The notes beneath the pieces were generated by a model. The model was not told where the DNA came from, ran no database searches, and saw nothing but the letters and a program-made list of their open reading frames with translations. The position numbers and the translations under genes are program-made. Below, one piece after another: positions 1 to 9,175 of a stretch of DNA of 32,000 nt (the first letter of the stretch is position 1; each line of letters begins with the position of its first letter). The DNA is from Candidatus Hermodarchaeota archaeon. Lineage in GTDB: Archaea > Asgardarchaeota > Heimdallarchaeia > Hodarchaeales > Hodarchaeaceae. The stretch is taken from positions 60,001 through 92,000 of the forward strand of contig JBHLKY010000013.1 of NCBI GenBank assembly GCA_048886185.1, in the 5' to 3' direction.

Positions 1-1
1 G

Positions 2-664
2 GTAACCCAGCAAGCTGACTTGACAACAGGATTTATAAAGGAGATATATACGAATATTGAAAGTGTGGTGGCAACTAGGGAAGGTACAAGCACTCCTGCA
101 GCCATTAAACGGTCTACAGCAGATTTAGAGAGAATTAAAGTTGTACACGATCGGTCTCAAATCCTATCTGCCATTATTCGTGAAATAACTCAGATTCAGA
201 CATCTATCCAATCATTATTAGACGAACTAATGGTTTTCACAGATACCCCTATTCTAGAGGGATCTTATTACATGCGTCCAATTATTAAAGCAGAAGATTT
301 TATTAAAATATTACCCCAAATCTCTCGATATGAGAAAATACTTGCAAAGTTAGATGGGGAAGATAAAGAAACAGTAAGAGAGATCGTTGAACCTTCTATA
401 CTTGTAAGAATTGGGAATCTTTTTTATTGGAAAGCACTAAGTTCTCAACAGATGTTAGAATATGAGAAAGCAATTGAGTTCTATTTACGAGCAAATCAGC
501 TGAAAGACGACTCAATATTGTATCTTACCATTGGATCTATTTACCGAAGAATGGATCGGTCTGGTGATGCAAAAGATTGGATTGAGGGAGGATTTTCACG
601 GATGAGAAATCGAAAGGAATCTATTCGAATTTCACGAAATATGCTCTTTGGGGATGTCCGCTAA
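2..664 (+). CDS. Hypothetical protein with C-terminal TPR-like helices; 5'-partial
   Basis: Frame is open from position 2 with no stop before the TTG at 20, so the gene probably starts upstream of the window. C-terminal pattern (ILVRIGNLFY...YEKAIEFYLRANQL...LYLTIGSIYRRM...DAKDWIE) resembles about two TPR units. Confidence 0.6.
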   Translation, partial: VTQQADLTTGFIKEIYTNIESVVATREGTSTPAAIKRSTADLERIKVVHDRSQILSAIIREITQIQTSIQSLLDELMVFTDTPILEGSYYMRPIIKAEDFIKILPQISRYEKILAKLDGEDKETVREIVEPSILVRIGNLFYWKALSSQQMLEYEKAIEFYLRANQLKDDSILYLTIGSIYRRMDRSGDAKDWIEGGFSRMRNRKESIRISRNMLFGDVR

Positions 665-703
665 GTATAAGAAAAATACTCCCTTCCAGGTTTTCTAGAA
701 TTT

Positions 704-1996
704 TCATTCTGAATTGCGTTTTCGCTTCTGTTTTTCAGGATTACCTAAAGGCAATTTTCCTCCCGTTAAACCCACCTCTTTGGCAAGCTCCATGAATGGG
801 AGTACCATTTGTGCTACTGATTTGTAGGCATCCTGTCCTTCACCCAATAATATCATACGATCGATGTTGATATTCTTGAAAATTTCAGGAAGCATATCAA
901 TCGTCTTTAATTGTATATATTTTTCATCAGCTTGACTTAATGCTTTCGCTTGCTCAAGAATTCCTTCAGCAATAGCCACTTGTGTTTGACGAATTTTAGC
1001 TGCCTCACCTTCTGCTTCGTTTAGTAATTGGTCTTTTCGTGCTTCAGCTTGTTGCCTGATTCGTTCAGCTTCAACTCCTACTTCTTGAGTGACACGAAGG
1101 AATTTTTCTGCTTCAGCATTGATTTGTTTCTGGCGACGCTCTGTTTCTGCGGCAATTACTGCCCTTTCTTGTTCTAATTGAGCAATTTGAATTTCCCTAT
1201 GCTTAGCTTTCGATTCAATGGAAAGTTTGACCTCCTGATCAGAAAGACCTGTTTTCTGTCTTACATCAAGGTTTCGAAGCTGTACTCTTTCTTCCATTTC
1301 GGCTTGTCGGAGCTGGGCGTTTTGTGCTTCCTCAATCTTTTTCACAGCTTCAAGATTATCTTTGAGTCGTTCATCAAGAACCTCAACATCTCGGATTTCA
1401 ATAGATTCAATGGTAACTCCCCAATCCCCTGCGAGTGCATGAAGTTCAGTTGTAACATTTTTAATGATTTCAGCACGATTGCGTATAATTTGTTCTATTT
1501 TCATGTTTGCACATGTTGTTCGAATGATTGCTTCTGTAGCATTCTTTATTGCTTTTTCTATATAATCACTCCTATGAGGATCCCAACTTACCTTGGAAAA
1601 AGAGATTTCAGGGTTTGTTACTCTCCAATACACAAATGCAGTCAATGCGACATCTTGATATTCATAAGAAACAACCTTTTCACGAGCCTCCAATAAGGTT
1701 TGTTGAACAGTAGTGGGAATAACAACTACTTCATCGAAAACAGGCCATAAGATTACTGTTCCGCCCGTTCCAGCTCGTTTAACTTTTCCACGTCGGAAAT
1801 GAATAACATATTCGTTTGTCTTAAACTTCTTAAATCGAGAGACATAGAATATGATGATGAAAAGAAATAATAAAAATAAGAAAACAAACACGATGCCGAC
1901 ATAAGGGATTAATTTAGGAAAAGCAAGGATTATACCCATTGCAACTACGATAAAAACGATAAACAGACCACCCATATAAAATAATTCTTTTTTCAT
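704..1996 (-). CDS. SPFH/band-7 domain flotillin-like membrane protein
   Basis: Two N-terminal hydrophobic segments, SPFH core (NEYVIHFRRGK, AFVYWRV, IIRTTCANMKIEQI, WGVTIESIEIRDV) and an A/E/Q-rich coiled-coil tail typical of flotillins. Confidence 0.9.
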   Translation of the reverse strand: MKKELFYMGGLFIVFIVVAMGIILAFPKLIPYVGIVFVFLFLLFLFIIIFYVSRFKKFKTNEYVIHFRRGKVKRAGTGGTVILWPVFDEVVVIPTTVQQTLLEAREKVVSYEYQDVALTAFVYWRVTNPEISFSKVSWDPHRSDYIEKAIKNATEAIIRTTCANMKIEQIIRNRAEIIKNVTTELHALAGDWGVTIESIEIRDVEVLDERLKDNLEAVKKIEEAQNAQLRQAEMEERVQLRNLDVRQKTGLSDQEVKLSIESKAKHREIQIAQLEQERAVIAAETERRQKQINAEAEKFLRVTQEVGVEAERIRQQAEARKDQLLNEAEGEAAKIRQTQVAIAEGILEQAKALSQADEKYIQLKTIDMLPEIFKNINIDRMILLGEGQDAYKSVAQMVLPFMELAKEVGLTGGKLPLGNPEKQKRKRNSE

Positions 1997-2030
1997 TTAT
2001 TTTTCACCTGTAATTCAATCAGAATTTTTC

Positions 2031-2834
2031 TCACTCCCATTTTATGGTTCCTTCAGGAATTGGCTTTTTTTCCCTTTCCTTAGAAGACCATTCATCAATA
2101 ATAAGTATGTTTCCTTGGATTTCAATCACATATGCAGTCATATTTCTGGCAATAGCTCCATATTTCGTTTTAGCAGCCATCTTCACGGGCCCATGAATCG
2201 AGGAGGTTTCGATCACTACAAGTCCGCCCTTTTCATCAACAGTAGTAAGAGTTTGAACGGTATCATCGATTTTTATAGTTTCCAGAGCTGTCTCATAGAT
2301 TTCTGAGATTGCTATTTTCTCCCAAATCTTGGAAACCCCATAAGTCGTAATAAAAGGTAAGCTAAAAATGGCTAAAATTAGAATTAAGGGATGAATAGCA
2401 GCTTCTATTAGAACTGTACCTGATCCCCCAAAGGTAATCATGAACGTACCTAGCAAGAGCATTAAAGGAGCAGGAGTATCAACCCCATGATCATCTAAAC
2501 TGACAGATTTATCAACACCGATGTTTACATCATGATCAACATCAATATCAGCATCCATATCAGCATCTAGATCCATATCATGATCCAAAGAGAAATCTTT
2601 GTCTAAAGAAACTCCATGATCTACAGAAAAATCTTTGTCTAAGGAGATTCCATGATCTACAGAAACATCATGATCTATATCGTGATCTACATCAGGCCCG
2701 TGTTGGAATAGATGGCTTCCTTGAAGGATAAGAGTTAGAAAAAAAATTATTAATCCCGAAATTAAGCTACCCCAACAAATCTGTTGTAAAACAACTAGAA
2801 TCAGACCTAAATCTATTTCCGCCATATTGGTCAC
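2031..2834 (-). CDS. Short NfeD-type (YuaF/YqiJ-like) membrane protein with His/Asp-rich loop and C-terminal OB-fold; flotillin partner
   Basis: Hydrophobic helices flank a D/H-rich low-complexity loop. Beta-rich C-terminus (GGLVVI...MAAKT...AYVIEIQGNILII) resembles NfeD-C. Lies 34 nt upstream of the SPFH gene, the established NfeD-SPFH arrangement. GTG start; ATG alternative 3 codons later. Confidence 0.8.
   Translation of the reverse strand: MTNMAEIDLGLILVVLQQICWGSLISGLIIFFLTLILQGSHLFQHGPDVDHDIDHDVSVDHGISLDKDFSVDHGVSLDKDFSLDHDMDLDADMDADIDVDHDVNIGVDKSVSLDDHGVDTPAPLMLLLGTFMITFGGSGTVLIEAAIHPLILILAIFSLPFITTYGVSKIWEKIAISEIYETALETIKIDDTVQTLTTVDEKGGLVVIETSSIHGPVKMAAKTKYGAIARNMTAYVIEIQGNILIIDEWSSKEREKKPIPEGTIKWE
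2580..2660 (-). repeat. Coding tandem repeat, 36-bp unit (two copies plus a partial third)
   Basis: 2580-2615 atgatccaaagagaaatctttgtctaaagaaactcc vs 2616-2651 atgatctacagaaaaatctttgtctaaggagattcc, 30/36 identical by manual alignment; a further atgatctac follows at 2652. Encodes DHGISLDKDFSV / DHGVSLDKDFSL. Confidence 0.85.
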
Positions 2835-3313
2835 TTACTCTAATATCATACGCCTTCTTATATTTTTACTTTGCAGAACTTCATTTCAATTTCATTGCTA
2901 CCTCATAAAAGTAGTTTTGGTCTTGAAATCGTAGAAACCTCTCAGCTATCGTGGTTTGACAATTATGAATTCCTTCTCCTTTTATTATGGAAATGAAGCC
3001 AATAAACACAATTTTGCTTTATCGCACTAATATAAGAATACATCAGCAACTTGCTTTTATAAAAAGTACTCCCATTTTCTTGAACACAACAGGTAAAAAA
3101 AAGATGAATTCAAGATTTTGCTAAAAAATATAAAGAAAAAATAAAATTCTTATATTATAATCCCATATATGACCAACAGTGTCAAATAAATCACTTGAAT
3201 AAGTCGATTTATCTGAAATCACAAGGAATATGTATATTAATAAAGGAAAGACCTAATGGGCTAGTATGATGAGAAAAAAACTTTAGTTAAGTGAAAAGAA
3301 GGAAATCAACTTT

Positions 3314-3336
3314 TACCCATATGATACATATGGGTA
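3314..3336. promoter_or_regulatory. Perfect inverted repeat, candidate operator or hairpin
   Basis: tacccatatg-ata-catatgggta: 10-bp perfect arms with a 3-nt spacer in the divergent intergenic region. The palindrome is directly seen; its function is inferred. Confidence 0.5.
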
Positions 3337-3517
3337 TCTAGTTAAATGAGGAACAGTTTTTAAACAATGAGTAAAATGGAGTTTAAGCGTAAATTAATGG
3401 AATTCTTTAACATTCAGAGTTAATGTATAAAGCTTTAGGAATATCTCATATTTTTTTATTACTAAAATATTGGATAATAACAAATCCTAAGCTGAAAGAA
3501 TAAAAGTAGGGATTTTT

Positions 3518-5203
3518 ATGTTTAATAGGATTCTCATCGCTAATAGAGGAGAGATTGCCAGTCGGATTATTGGTTCTGCTCAAGAGATGGGAATCGAAAC
3601 AGTCGCTATCTACTCCGATGTCGATGAGGATGCTGTTCAAGTTCACGCGGCAGATTTTGCATATCCATTAGGTGATCCCATCCCATCTAAAAGTTATTTA
3701 AATATGGATAAGATTATTAAAATTGCTGTCGAGAGTGGATCAGAGGCTATCCATCCAGGGTACGGATTCTTATCTGAAAATGCTGAGTTTGCAAAAAAGG
3801 TCATTGATGCGGGACTAATCTGGATTGGTCCGTCTCCTGAAGCCCTCCATGCTGTTGGTGATAAAATCCAAGCCAAAAAAACAATGGAAGCGGCTAATAT
3901 TCCAGTCATTCCAGGGTATCACGGCGGTTCCCGAAATAAAAAATTCCTCTTGAAGAAAGCTGAGGAAATTGGATTTCCTCTCTTAATTAAAGCAACAGCT
4001 GGTGGTGGAGGAAGGGGTATGCGAATTGTCAACTCCAAGGATGAATTTCCCTCTCTATATGACAGTGCCCGACGCGAAGCTCGAGCTGCATTCGGTAATG
4101 GTGATGTTTTTCTAGAGAAATATCTTGAACACATAAGACATATCGAATTTCAAGTTTTAGGTGATCATTTCGGAAATATTCTTCATTTAAATGAACGAGA
4201 GTGCTCAATTCAAAGACGTCATCAGAAAATAATTGAGGAAACTCCTTCAACAGCATTAGATGATGATTTGAGAAAAAAAATGGGAGAAGTGGCGGTTGCA
4301 GCTGCTCGTGCTGTGAATTATACAAACGCAGGTTCAGTTGAGTTCATCCTCGATCAAGATAATAACTTCTATTTCATGGAAATTAATGCCCGATTACAAG
4401 TCGAACACGCAATTACAGAAGCTACGACAGGTATTGATCTTGTGAAATGGCAAATTAAAATCGCTGCTGGTCAAGAGATTGCATTAAGACAAGAGGAGGT
4501 GCTTGGTCGCGGCCACGCACTTGAATTCCGTATTTACGCTGAAAATCCAGAAAAACAGTTTATGCCTACTGCAGGGAAAATTCATCAGATGCAATTTCCT
4601 GTGGGGGTGAATATTCGAACTGATCTTGGGATTCCTACTTCAGGAGGGGAGGTTTCAACTTTTTATGACCCAATGATCTCTAAATTGATTGTACATGCTG
4701 AAAATCGTGAAGAAGCAATTCAGAAAATGCGTTGGGCATTACGTAATTACGCAGCTCAAGGAGTAAAGACGAATATTCCTTTTTTAAAGGAAGTTCTCAA
4801 TCATCCTGATTTCCTTTCTGGAGACACACATACAGACTTTGTTGAAGCTCATTTTTATAAGTGGAAAGAGCTTAAAGAAACCCCTAATGAAGTTTTATTA
4901 GCCGCAGCACTTTTTGAAGTTATCGAACCTTTTATGGCAACAGGTAATAATATTAACGCCTCAACTGTATTGAATGGGATTGATCCTCACTCACCTTGGC
5001 AAAAAATAGGAACATGGGGGCGGGAAAGTCTTGATGTACTTTCAGATAAAATCAGTGGGACTTTGGGGAAAGGGAAGCAAGCTTTTAAGAGAATTCTCCC
5101 ATATAAAGGAAAAGACATAAAATCTTCTTTTTTAGATGATTCTGATTCCTACTCTCCTTGGCATAGGTTAGGTTCATGGAAACTTAACAAGAATGACAAG
5201 TAG
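3518..5203 (+). CDS. Biotin carboxylase subunit of an acyl-CoA (probably 3-methylcrotonyl-CoA) carboxylase, with C-terminal BT-helix/hook extension
   Basis: RILIANRGEIA, IHPGYGFLSEN, KATAGGGGRGMR, ERECSIQRRHQK, FMEINARLQVEH, EFRIYAE, YDPMISKL. No biotin-attachment motif in this chain. Confidence 0.93.
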   Translation: MFNRILIANRGEIASRIIGSAQEMGIETVAIYSDVDEDAVQVHAADFAYPLGDPIPSKSYLNMDKIIKIAVESGSEAIHPGYGFLSENAEFAKKVIDAGLIWIGPSPEALHAVGDKIQAKKTMEAANIPVIPGYHGGSRNKKFLLKKAEEIGFPLLIKATAGGGGRGMRIVNSKDEFPSLYDSARREARAAFGNGDVFLEKYLEHIRHIEFQVLGDHFGNILHLNERECSIQRRHQKIIEETPSTALDDDLRKKMGEVAVAAARAVNYTNAGSVEFILDQDNNFYFMEINARLQVEHAITEATTGIDLVKWQIKIAAGQEIALRQEEVLGRGHALEFRIYAENPEKQFMPTAGKIHQMQFPVGVNIRTDLGIPTSGGEVSTFYDPMISKLIVHAENREEAIQKMRWALRNYAAQGVKTNIPFLKEVLNHPDFLSGDTHTDFVEAHFYKWKELKETPNEVLLAAALFEVIEPFMATGNNINASTVLNGIDPHSPWQKIGTWGRESLDVLSDKISGTLGKGKQAFKRILPYKGKDIKSSFLDDSDSYSPWHRLGSWKLNKNDK

Positions 5204-5211
5204 GCCCAAAC

Positions 5212-5769
5212 ATGAGTGAAGTTTTTAATTTTGATGATGGTAAGCAGCGATTTAAAGTTCGAATTCGCCGTAATGAGAACAATTCTTATGTTGTAATAAT
5301 TAATAGAGGAGATGATAAGGAGGAGAAAGAACTTAATGTTAACGCTAAAATTCTAGGAACAGGCCAGTTTCAATTTACATTGGAAAATATAGTCTATAAG
5401 TGTACTATCGCAAAAGATGGAGAAGTCAGATTTATTCATTTAGATGGGGAAGATTACGAATTAAAGCGAGTGAGTGAAACTATTGGTGAATTTGAGGAAG
5501 CAGAAGCAGATTTAGGGAGTTTATCTAGTCCAATGCCAGGTAGAATAGTGAAACTATTAGTTAAACCTGGAAATCATGTGAAAAAAGGGCAAGATCTTAT
5601 TGTAATAGAAGCGATGAAAATGGAGAATAAAATTGCAGCACCATTTGATGGAACAGTGACGAAGGTATTCTTCCCTGAAGGAGATCAAATCGAAGCAAAT
5701 GTCCCATTAATCGAAATAGAAGCAGAAATCGATGATATGGAAAAAAATGAACAAAAATCTGAGGATTAA
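5212..5769 (+). CDS. Biotin carboxyl carrier protein with N-terminal beta-rich (BT-barrel-like) domain
   Basis: SPMPGRIVKLLV and IEAMKMENKI biotinylation motif; about 100 beta-strand-like N-terminal residues; starts 8 nt after the BC stop. Confidence 0.92.
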   Translation: MSEVFNFDDGKQRFKVRIRRNENNSYVVIINRGDDKEEKELNVNAKILGTGQFQFTLENIVYKCTIAKDGEVRFIHLDGEDYELKRVSETIGEFEEAEADLGSLSSPMPGRIVKLLVKPGNHVKKGQDLIVIEAMKMENKIAAPFDGTVTKVFFPEGDQIEANVPLIEIEAEIDDMEKNEQKSED

Positions 5770-5801
5770 AGAGAAAATTTTAGTTGTTTGATTATTTGTT
5801 C

Positions 5802-5834
5802 CTCAAAAAATAGCATAAAAGATAATTTTTTGAG
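5802..5834. promoter_or_regulatory. Inverted repeat between the BCCP and carboxyltransferase genes
   Basis: ctcaaaaaat (5802-5811) and attttttgag (5825-5834) with a 13-nt spacer. A/T-rich arms, so chance occurrence is possible. Confidence 0.3.
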
Positions 5835-5928
5835 AATAAAACTAATATAATTGTTAAGAGAGGGAGTGGAAACGCTTTTCATTGGGTCTTTTTCCCCTTT
5901 TAAATGTCCCTTTACGGATGGTTCTCGC

Positions 5929-7533
5929 ATGGTAGTAATTAAAAGTAAACTTGATGTGGACTCAAAAGAATTTAAGGAAAATTATGATCATTATCAAAAG
6001 ATGTTAAGAGAATATTATGAGATTTGTGATCAAGTAAGAGCGGGAAATCTTAAAGCTATTGAGAAACATCTTCAGAGAAATAAAATTCTCGCTCGAAAAC
6101 GAATTGAGATGGTTCTGGATCCTGATACGCCATTCATGGAATTAAGTCCACTTGCAGCATATAATTTATACGATAATGCATGTCCTTATGCTGGGATCAT
6201 CACGGGGATTGGTTTAGTTGGTGGTCGGGAGATGATGTTCGTAGCGAATGATGCGACAATTAAAGGTGGAACTTATCATCCTATGACTGTAAAAAAGCAT
6301 TTAAGGGCTCAGGAAATTGCTGAACAGAATCGGTTGCCATGTATTTATTTAGTTGATTCTGGCGGTGCTTTTTTACCATTACAAGATGAGGTATTTCCTG
6401 ATAGAGAACATTTTGGACGAATTTTTTATAATCAAGCTCAAATGTCAGCAAAGAAGATACCGCAGATAAGTGTTGTCATGGGTTCTTGTACTGCGGGTGG
6501 GGCCTATGTTCCTGCGATGTCTGATGAAACTATCATAGTAAAAGATACTGGTACAATCTTCCTAGGTGGACCACCTCTGGTTAAAGCTGCTACAGGGGAG
6601 GAAATCTCAGCTAACGATTTAGGAGGAGCAGACGTTCATTGTCGCACTTCTGGTGTTTCTGATCATTATGCCTTAAATGATGAACATGCACTTCGTTTGA
6701 CTCGCGATATCATTGAACATCTTAATCTTCCACCTAAGACCAGACTTGATATGCGGCCTCCTGAAAATCCACTTTATCCTGAGAATGAAATCTATGGTAT
6801 TCTTCCTAAAGATCCCAAAAAAGCATATGATGTTCATGAAATCATTGCTCGACTAGTTGATGGATCTAATTTCCATGAATTCAAATCTCTATACGGCACA
6901 ACTTTGGTTTGCGGTTTTGCTCGAATTATGGGTTATCCAGTGGGCATTCTTGCTAATAATGGAGTCCTTTTTTCAGAAAGTGCATTAAAAGGAACACATT
7001 TCATCAATCTATGTTCTCAGAGAAAAATTCCTTTGATTTTTCTTCAAAATATTACTGGATTCATGGTGGGGAGTGATGCTGAGGCAGGAGGTATAGCAAA
7101 AGATGGAGCTAAAATGGTAATGGCTGTAAGTAATACTCAAGTGCCGAAAATAACAGTTATCATTGGCGGAAGTTTCGGAGCAGGTAATTATGGGATGGCA
7201 GGACGAGCTTATTCACCTCGTTTTCTTTTTATGTGGCCTAATGCTCGTATCTCAGTAATGGGGGGTGAACAAGCGGCAAACGTTTTAGCGACAGTTAAAG
7301 AAGCCCAATATGCAGCTCAAGGAAGAGAATTCTCTCAAGAAGAAAGGACAAAACTCATGGAACCCATTCTTGCCAAATATGCAGAAGAAGGCTCACCATA
7401 TTATTCCACAGCTCGGTTATGGGATGATGGCATTATCGATCCTGCTGACACAAGAATCGTGTTAGCTCTTTGTATATCTGCAACACTGAATGCTCCTATA
7501 CCCGACACTGGTTTTGGTGTCTTTAGAATGTAA
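5929..7533 (+). CDS. liuB: 3-methylcrotonyl-CoA carboxylase beta (carboxyltransferase) subunit
   Basis: [79 protein letters not shown] are typical MCC-beta segments. I place the start at ATG 5929 (MVVIKSKLD) rather than TTG 5851 because the extra 26 codons do not resemble the family. Confidence 0.9.
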   Translation: MVVIKSKLDVDSKEFKENYDHYQKMLREYYEICDQVRAGNLKAIEKHLQRNKILARKRIEMVLDPDTPFMELSPLAAYNLYDNACPYAGIITGIGLVGGREMMFVANDATIKGGTYHPMTVKKHLRAQEIAEQNRLPCIYLVDSGGAFLPLQDEVFPDREHFGRIFYNQAQMSAKKIPQISVVMGSCTAGGAYVPAMSDETIIVKDTGTIFLGGPPLVKAATGEEISANDLGGADVHCRTSGVSDHYALNDEHALRLTRDIIEHLNLPPKTRLDMRPPENPLYPENEIYGILPKDPKKAYDVHEIIARLVDGSNFHEFKSLYGTTLVCGFARIMGYPVGILANNGVLFSESALKGTHFINLCSQRKIPLIFLQNITGFMVGSDAEAGGIAKDGAKMVMAVSNTQVPKITVIIGGSFGAGNYGMAGRAYSPRFLFMWPNARISVMGGEQAANVLATVKEAQYAAQGREFSQEERTKLMEPILAKYAEEGSPYYSTARLWDDGIIDPADTRIVLALCISATLNAPIPDTGFGVFRM

Positions 7534-7556
7534 CCACAAAAAAATGAGGGTTTATC

Positions 7557-8387
7557 ATGAAATCTTATGAAACAATTACTAGAGAAGATATTGACCATGC
7601 CGCAATTGTGACTTTAAACAGACCAGAAGTCCATAATGCATTCAATTCAACGATGATTGAAGAATTGACTAGTGTATTCAAGTATTTGGAGAATGATGCT
7701 TCGGTCAGGACGATTGTCTTAACTGGTAAGGGTAAATCTTTTTCTGCTGGCGCAGACATCAAATATATGCAATCGAGTAAAGAATTCAGCTATGAAGAGA
7801 ATTATGAAGATGCTTTTCGCTTAGAACAGTTGTTTAATACGATCTATCTTACTCCAAAACCTGTTATTGGACGAATAAATGGAGCTGCCTTTGGAGGTGG
7901 TATAGGATTGATCTCTGTATGTGATATTGTAATAGCAGTGAAAACAGCAAAGATGGCGTTTTCCGAGGTTAATCTTGGAATTTTACCAGCAGTCATAAGT
8001 CCGTATGTCATTCTAAAAATTGGTTTTTCAAACGCTACTAGATTCTTTCTTAGTGGCGAGCGATTTAATGCCATCAAAGCTTATGAAATCGGTTTAATTC
8101 ATGAACTAGCTGCTGATATTCCTGACTTGGAAACAAAGCTTGCAAATATACTAGATCAACTATTAACAAGCAGTCCTGCCGCAATGGCGCAGATAAAGTT
8201 ACTTATAACAAAAAATCGTGATATGGAATTTCAGGAATTAAGAAAATATTGTATTAATCAAATTGCTGAAATCAGGACATCTGATGAAGGGAGAGAAGGA
8301 TTAAATGCTTTTTTAGAGAAGCGATCAACCAATTGGAATTACTCACCTTGGAAAGGACGAGAAAAGGCCCAAAATTTTGACAAATAA
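7557..8387 (+). CDS. liuC: Enoyl-CoA hydratase family, probably methylglutaconyl-CoA hydratase
   Basis: LNRPEVHNAF, FSAGADI, GGGIGLISVCD (first catalytic Glu absent, as in LiuC-type enzymes), FSEVNLGILPA; directly follows MCC-beta. Confidence 0.8.
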   Translation: MKSYETITREDIDHAAIVTLNRPEVHNAFNSTMIEELTSVFKYLENDASVRTIVLTGKGKSFSAGADIKYMQSSKEFSYEENYEDAFRLEQLFNTIYLTPKPVIGRINGAAFGGGIGLISVCDIVIAVKTAKMAFSEVNLGILPAVISPYVILKIGFSNATRFFLSGERFNAIKAYEIGLIHELAADIPDLETKLANILDQLLTSSPAAMAQIKLLITKNRDMEFQELRKYCINQIAEIRTSDEGREGLNAFLEKRSTNWNYSPWKGREKAQNFDK

Positions 8388-8394
8388 ATAGTGT

Positions 8395-9162
8395 TTGGAT
8401 GATTCAAAGATGTCCTGTGAAATAGATTTTGATCATTTACCTCAAACAAAATCTAATGCTCCAAATTTAATTTTTATTCATGGAGCTGGTGGAGATAAAA
8501 CTCAATGGGAAAAACAGAGGGGTTTTTTCCAAAAATACGGTTGGGGAGTTATTACTTTAAGTCTTCCAAGCCATGGGCAAAGTTATCATCTTAAATCGGT
8601 GACTCTGGACAACTATGTTAAAACAGTTTATGATTTTGTAATTGATCGAAAGATTGAGGACGTTTCATTAGTCGGTCATTCTATGGGTGGAGCTATTGCC
8701 CTTGAATGTGTTTTGCAAAACCCTGATTTAATAGTAAACAAATTAATATTGATTGGTACAGGAGCAAAGTTGAAAGTAAATCCAGTATTTTTTGAGGCAA
8801 TAGAAACTGATTTTAACCAATTTTTAGAATTATTAGGAAAAGTAGCGTTTCATCGAAATACAAGTTTTAAAATAAAAAATGAAAATGAAAGAATTCTGAG
8901 AGGAAATGGAGCAACAATCTTTTATCAGGATTTTAAAATATGTAATCTTTTTGATACTCGTTCAAAGTTGCAAAACATTACTAATCAAACGTTAATTTTA
9001 GTGGGTCAAGATGATCAGATGACACCAGTGAAGTACTCAACCTTTTTACATGAAAATATAAAGAATTCTCAACTTGCTGTAATCCCTGAAGCAGGACATT
9101 ATGTATTTGAGGAGAAACCCCTAGCTGTGAATAAACAGATATATAAATTTATATCAGGATAA
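8395..9162 (+). CDS. Alpha/beta-fold hydrolase
   Basis: FIHGAGG oxyanion loop, GHSMGG nucleophile elbow, LVGQDD acid, AGH histidine: complete triad. Confidence 0.88.
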   Translation: MDDSKMSCEIDFDHLPQTKSNAPNLIFIHGAGGDKTQWEKQRGFFQKYGWGVITLSLPSHGQSYHLKSVTLDNYVKTVYDFVIDRKIEDVSLVGHSMGGAIALECVLQNPDLIVNKLILIGTGAKLKVNPVFFEAIETDFNQFLELLGKVAFHRNTSFKIKNENERILRGNGATIFYQDFKICNLFDTRSKLQNITNQTLILVGQDDQMTPVKYSTFLHENIKNSQLAVIPEAGHYVFEEKPLAVNKQIYKFISG

Positions 9163-9175
9163 TAGGTGAATATAT

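Noticed and set aside
1178-1696. 172-aa plus-strand ORF
   Set aside because: Antisense shadow lying entirely within the flotillin gene; no motifs.
5851-5928. 26-codon N-terminal extension of MCC-beta from TTG 5851
   Set aside because: Does not resemble the family; the recognisable N-terminus begins at ATG 5929.
2115-7762. Short ORFs 2115-2306, 3446-3646, 3694-3909, 3919-4134, 4029-4325, 7401-7598, 7565-7762
   Set aside because: Antisense or off-frame overlaps with well-supported genes; no independent evidence.
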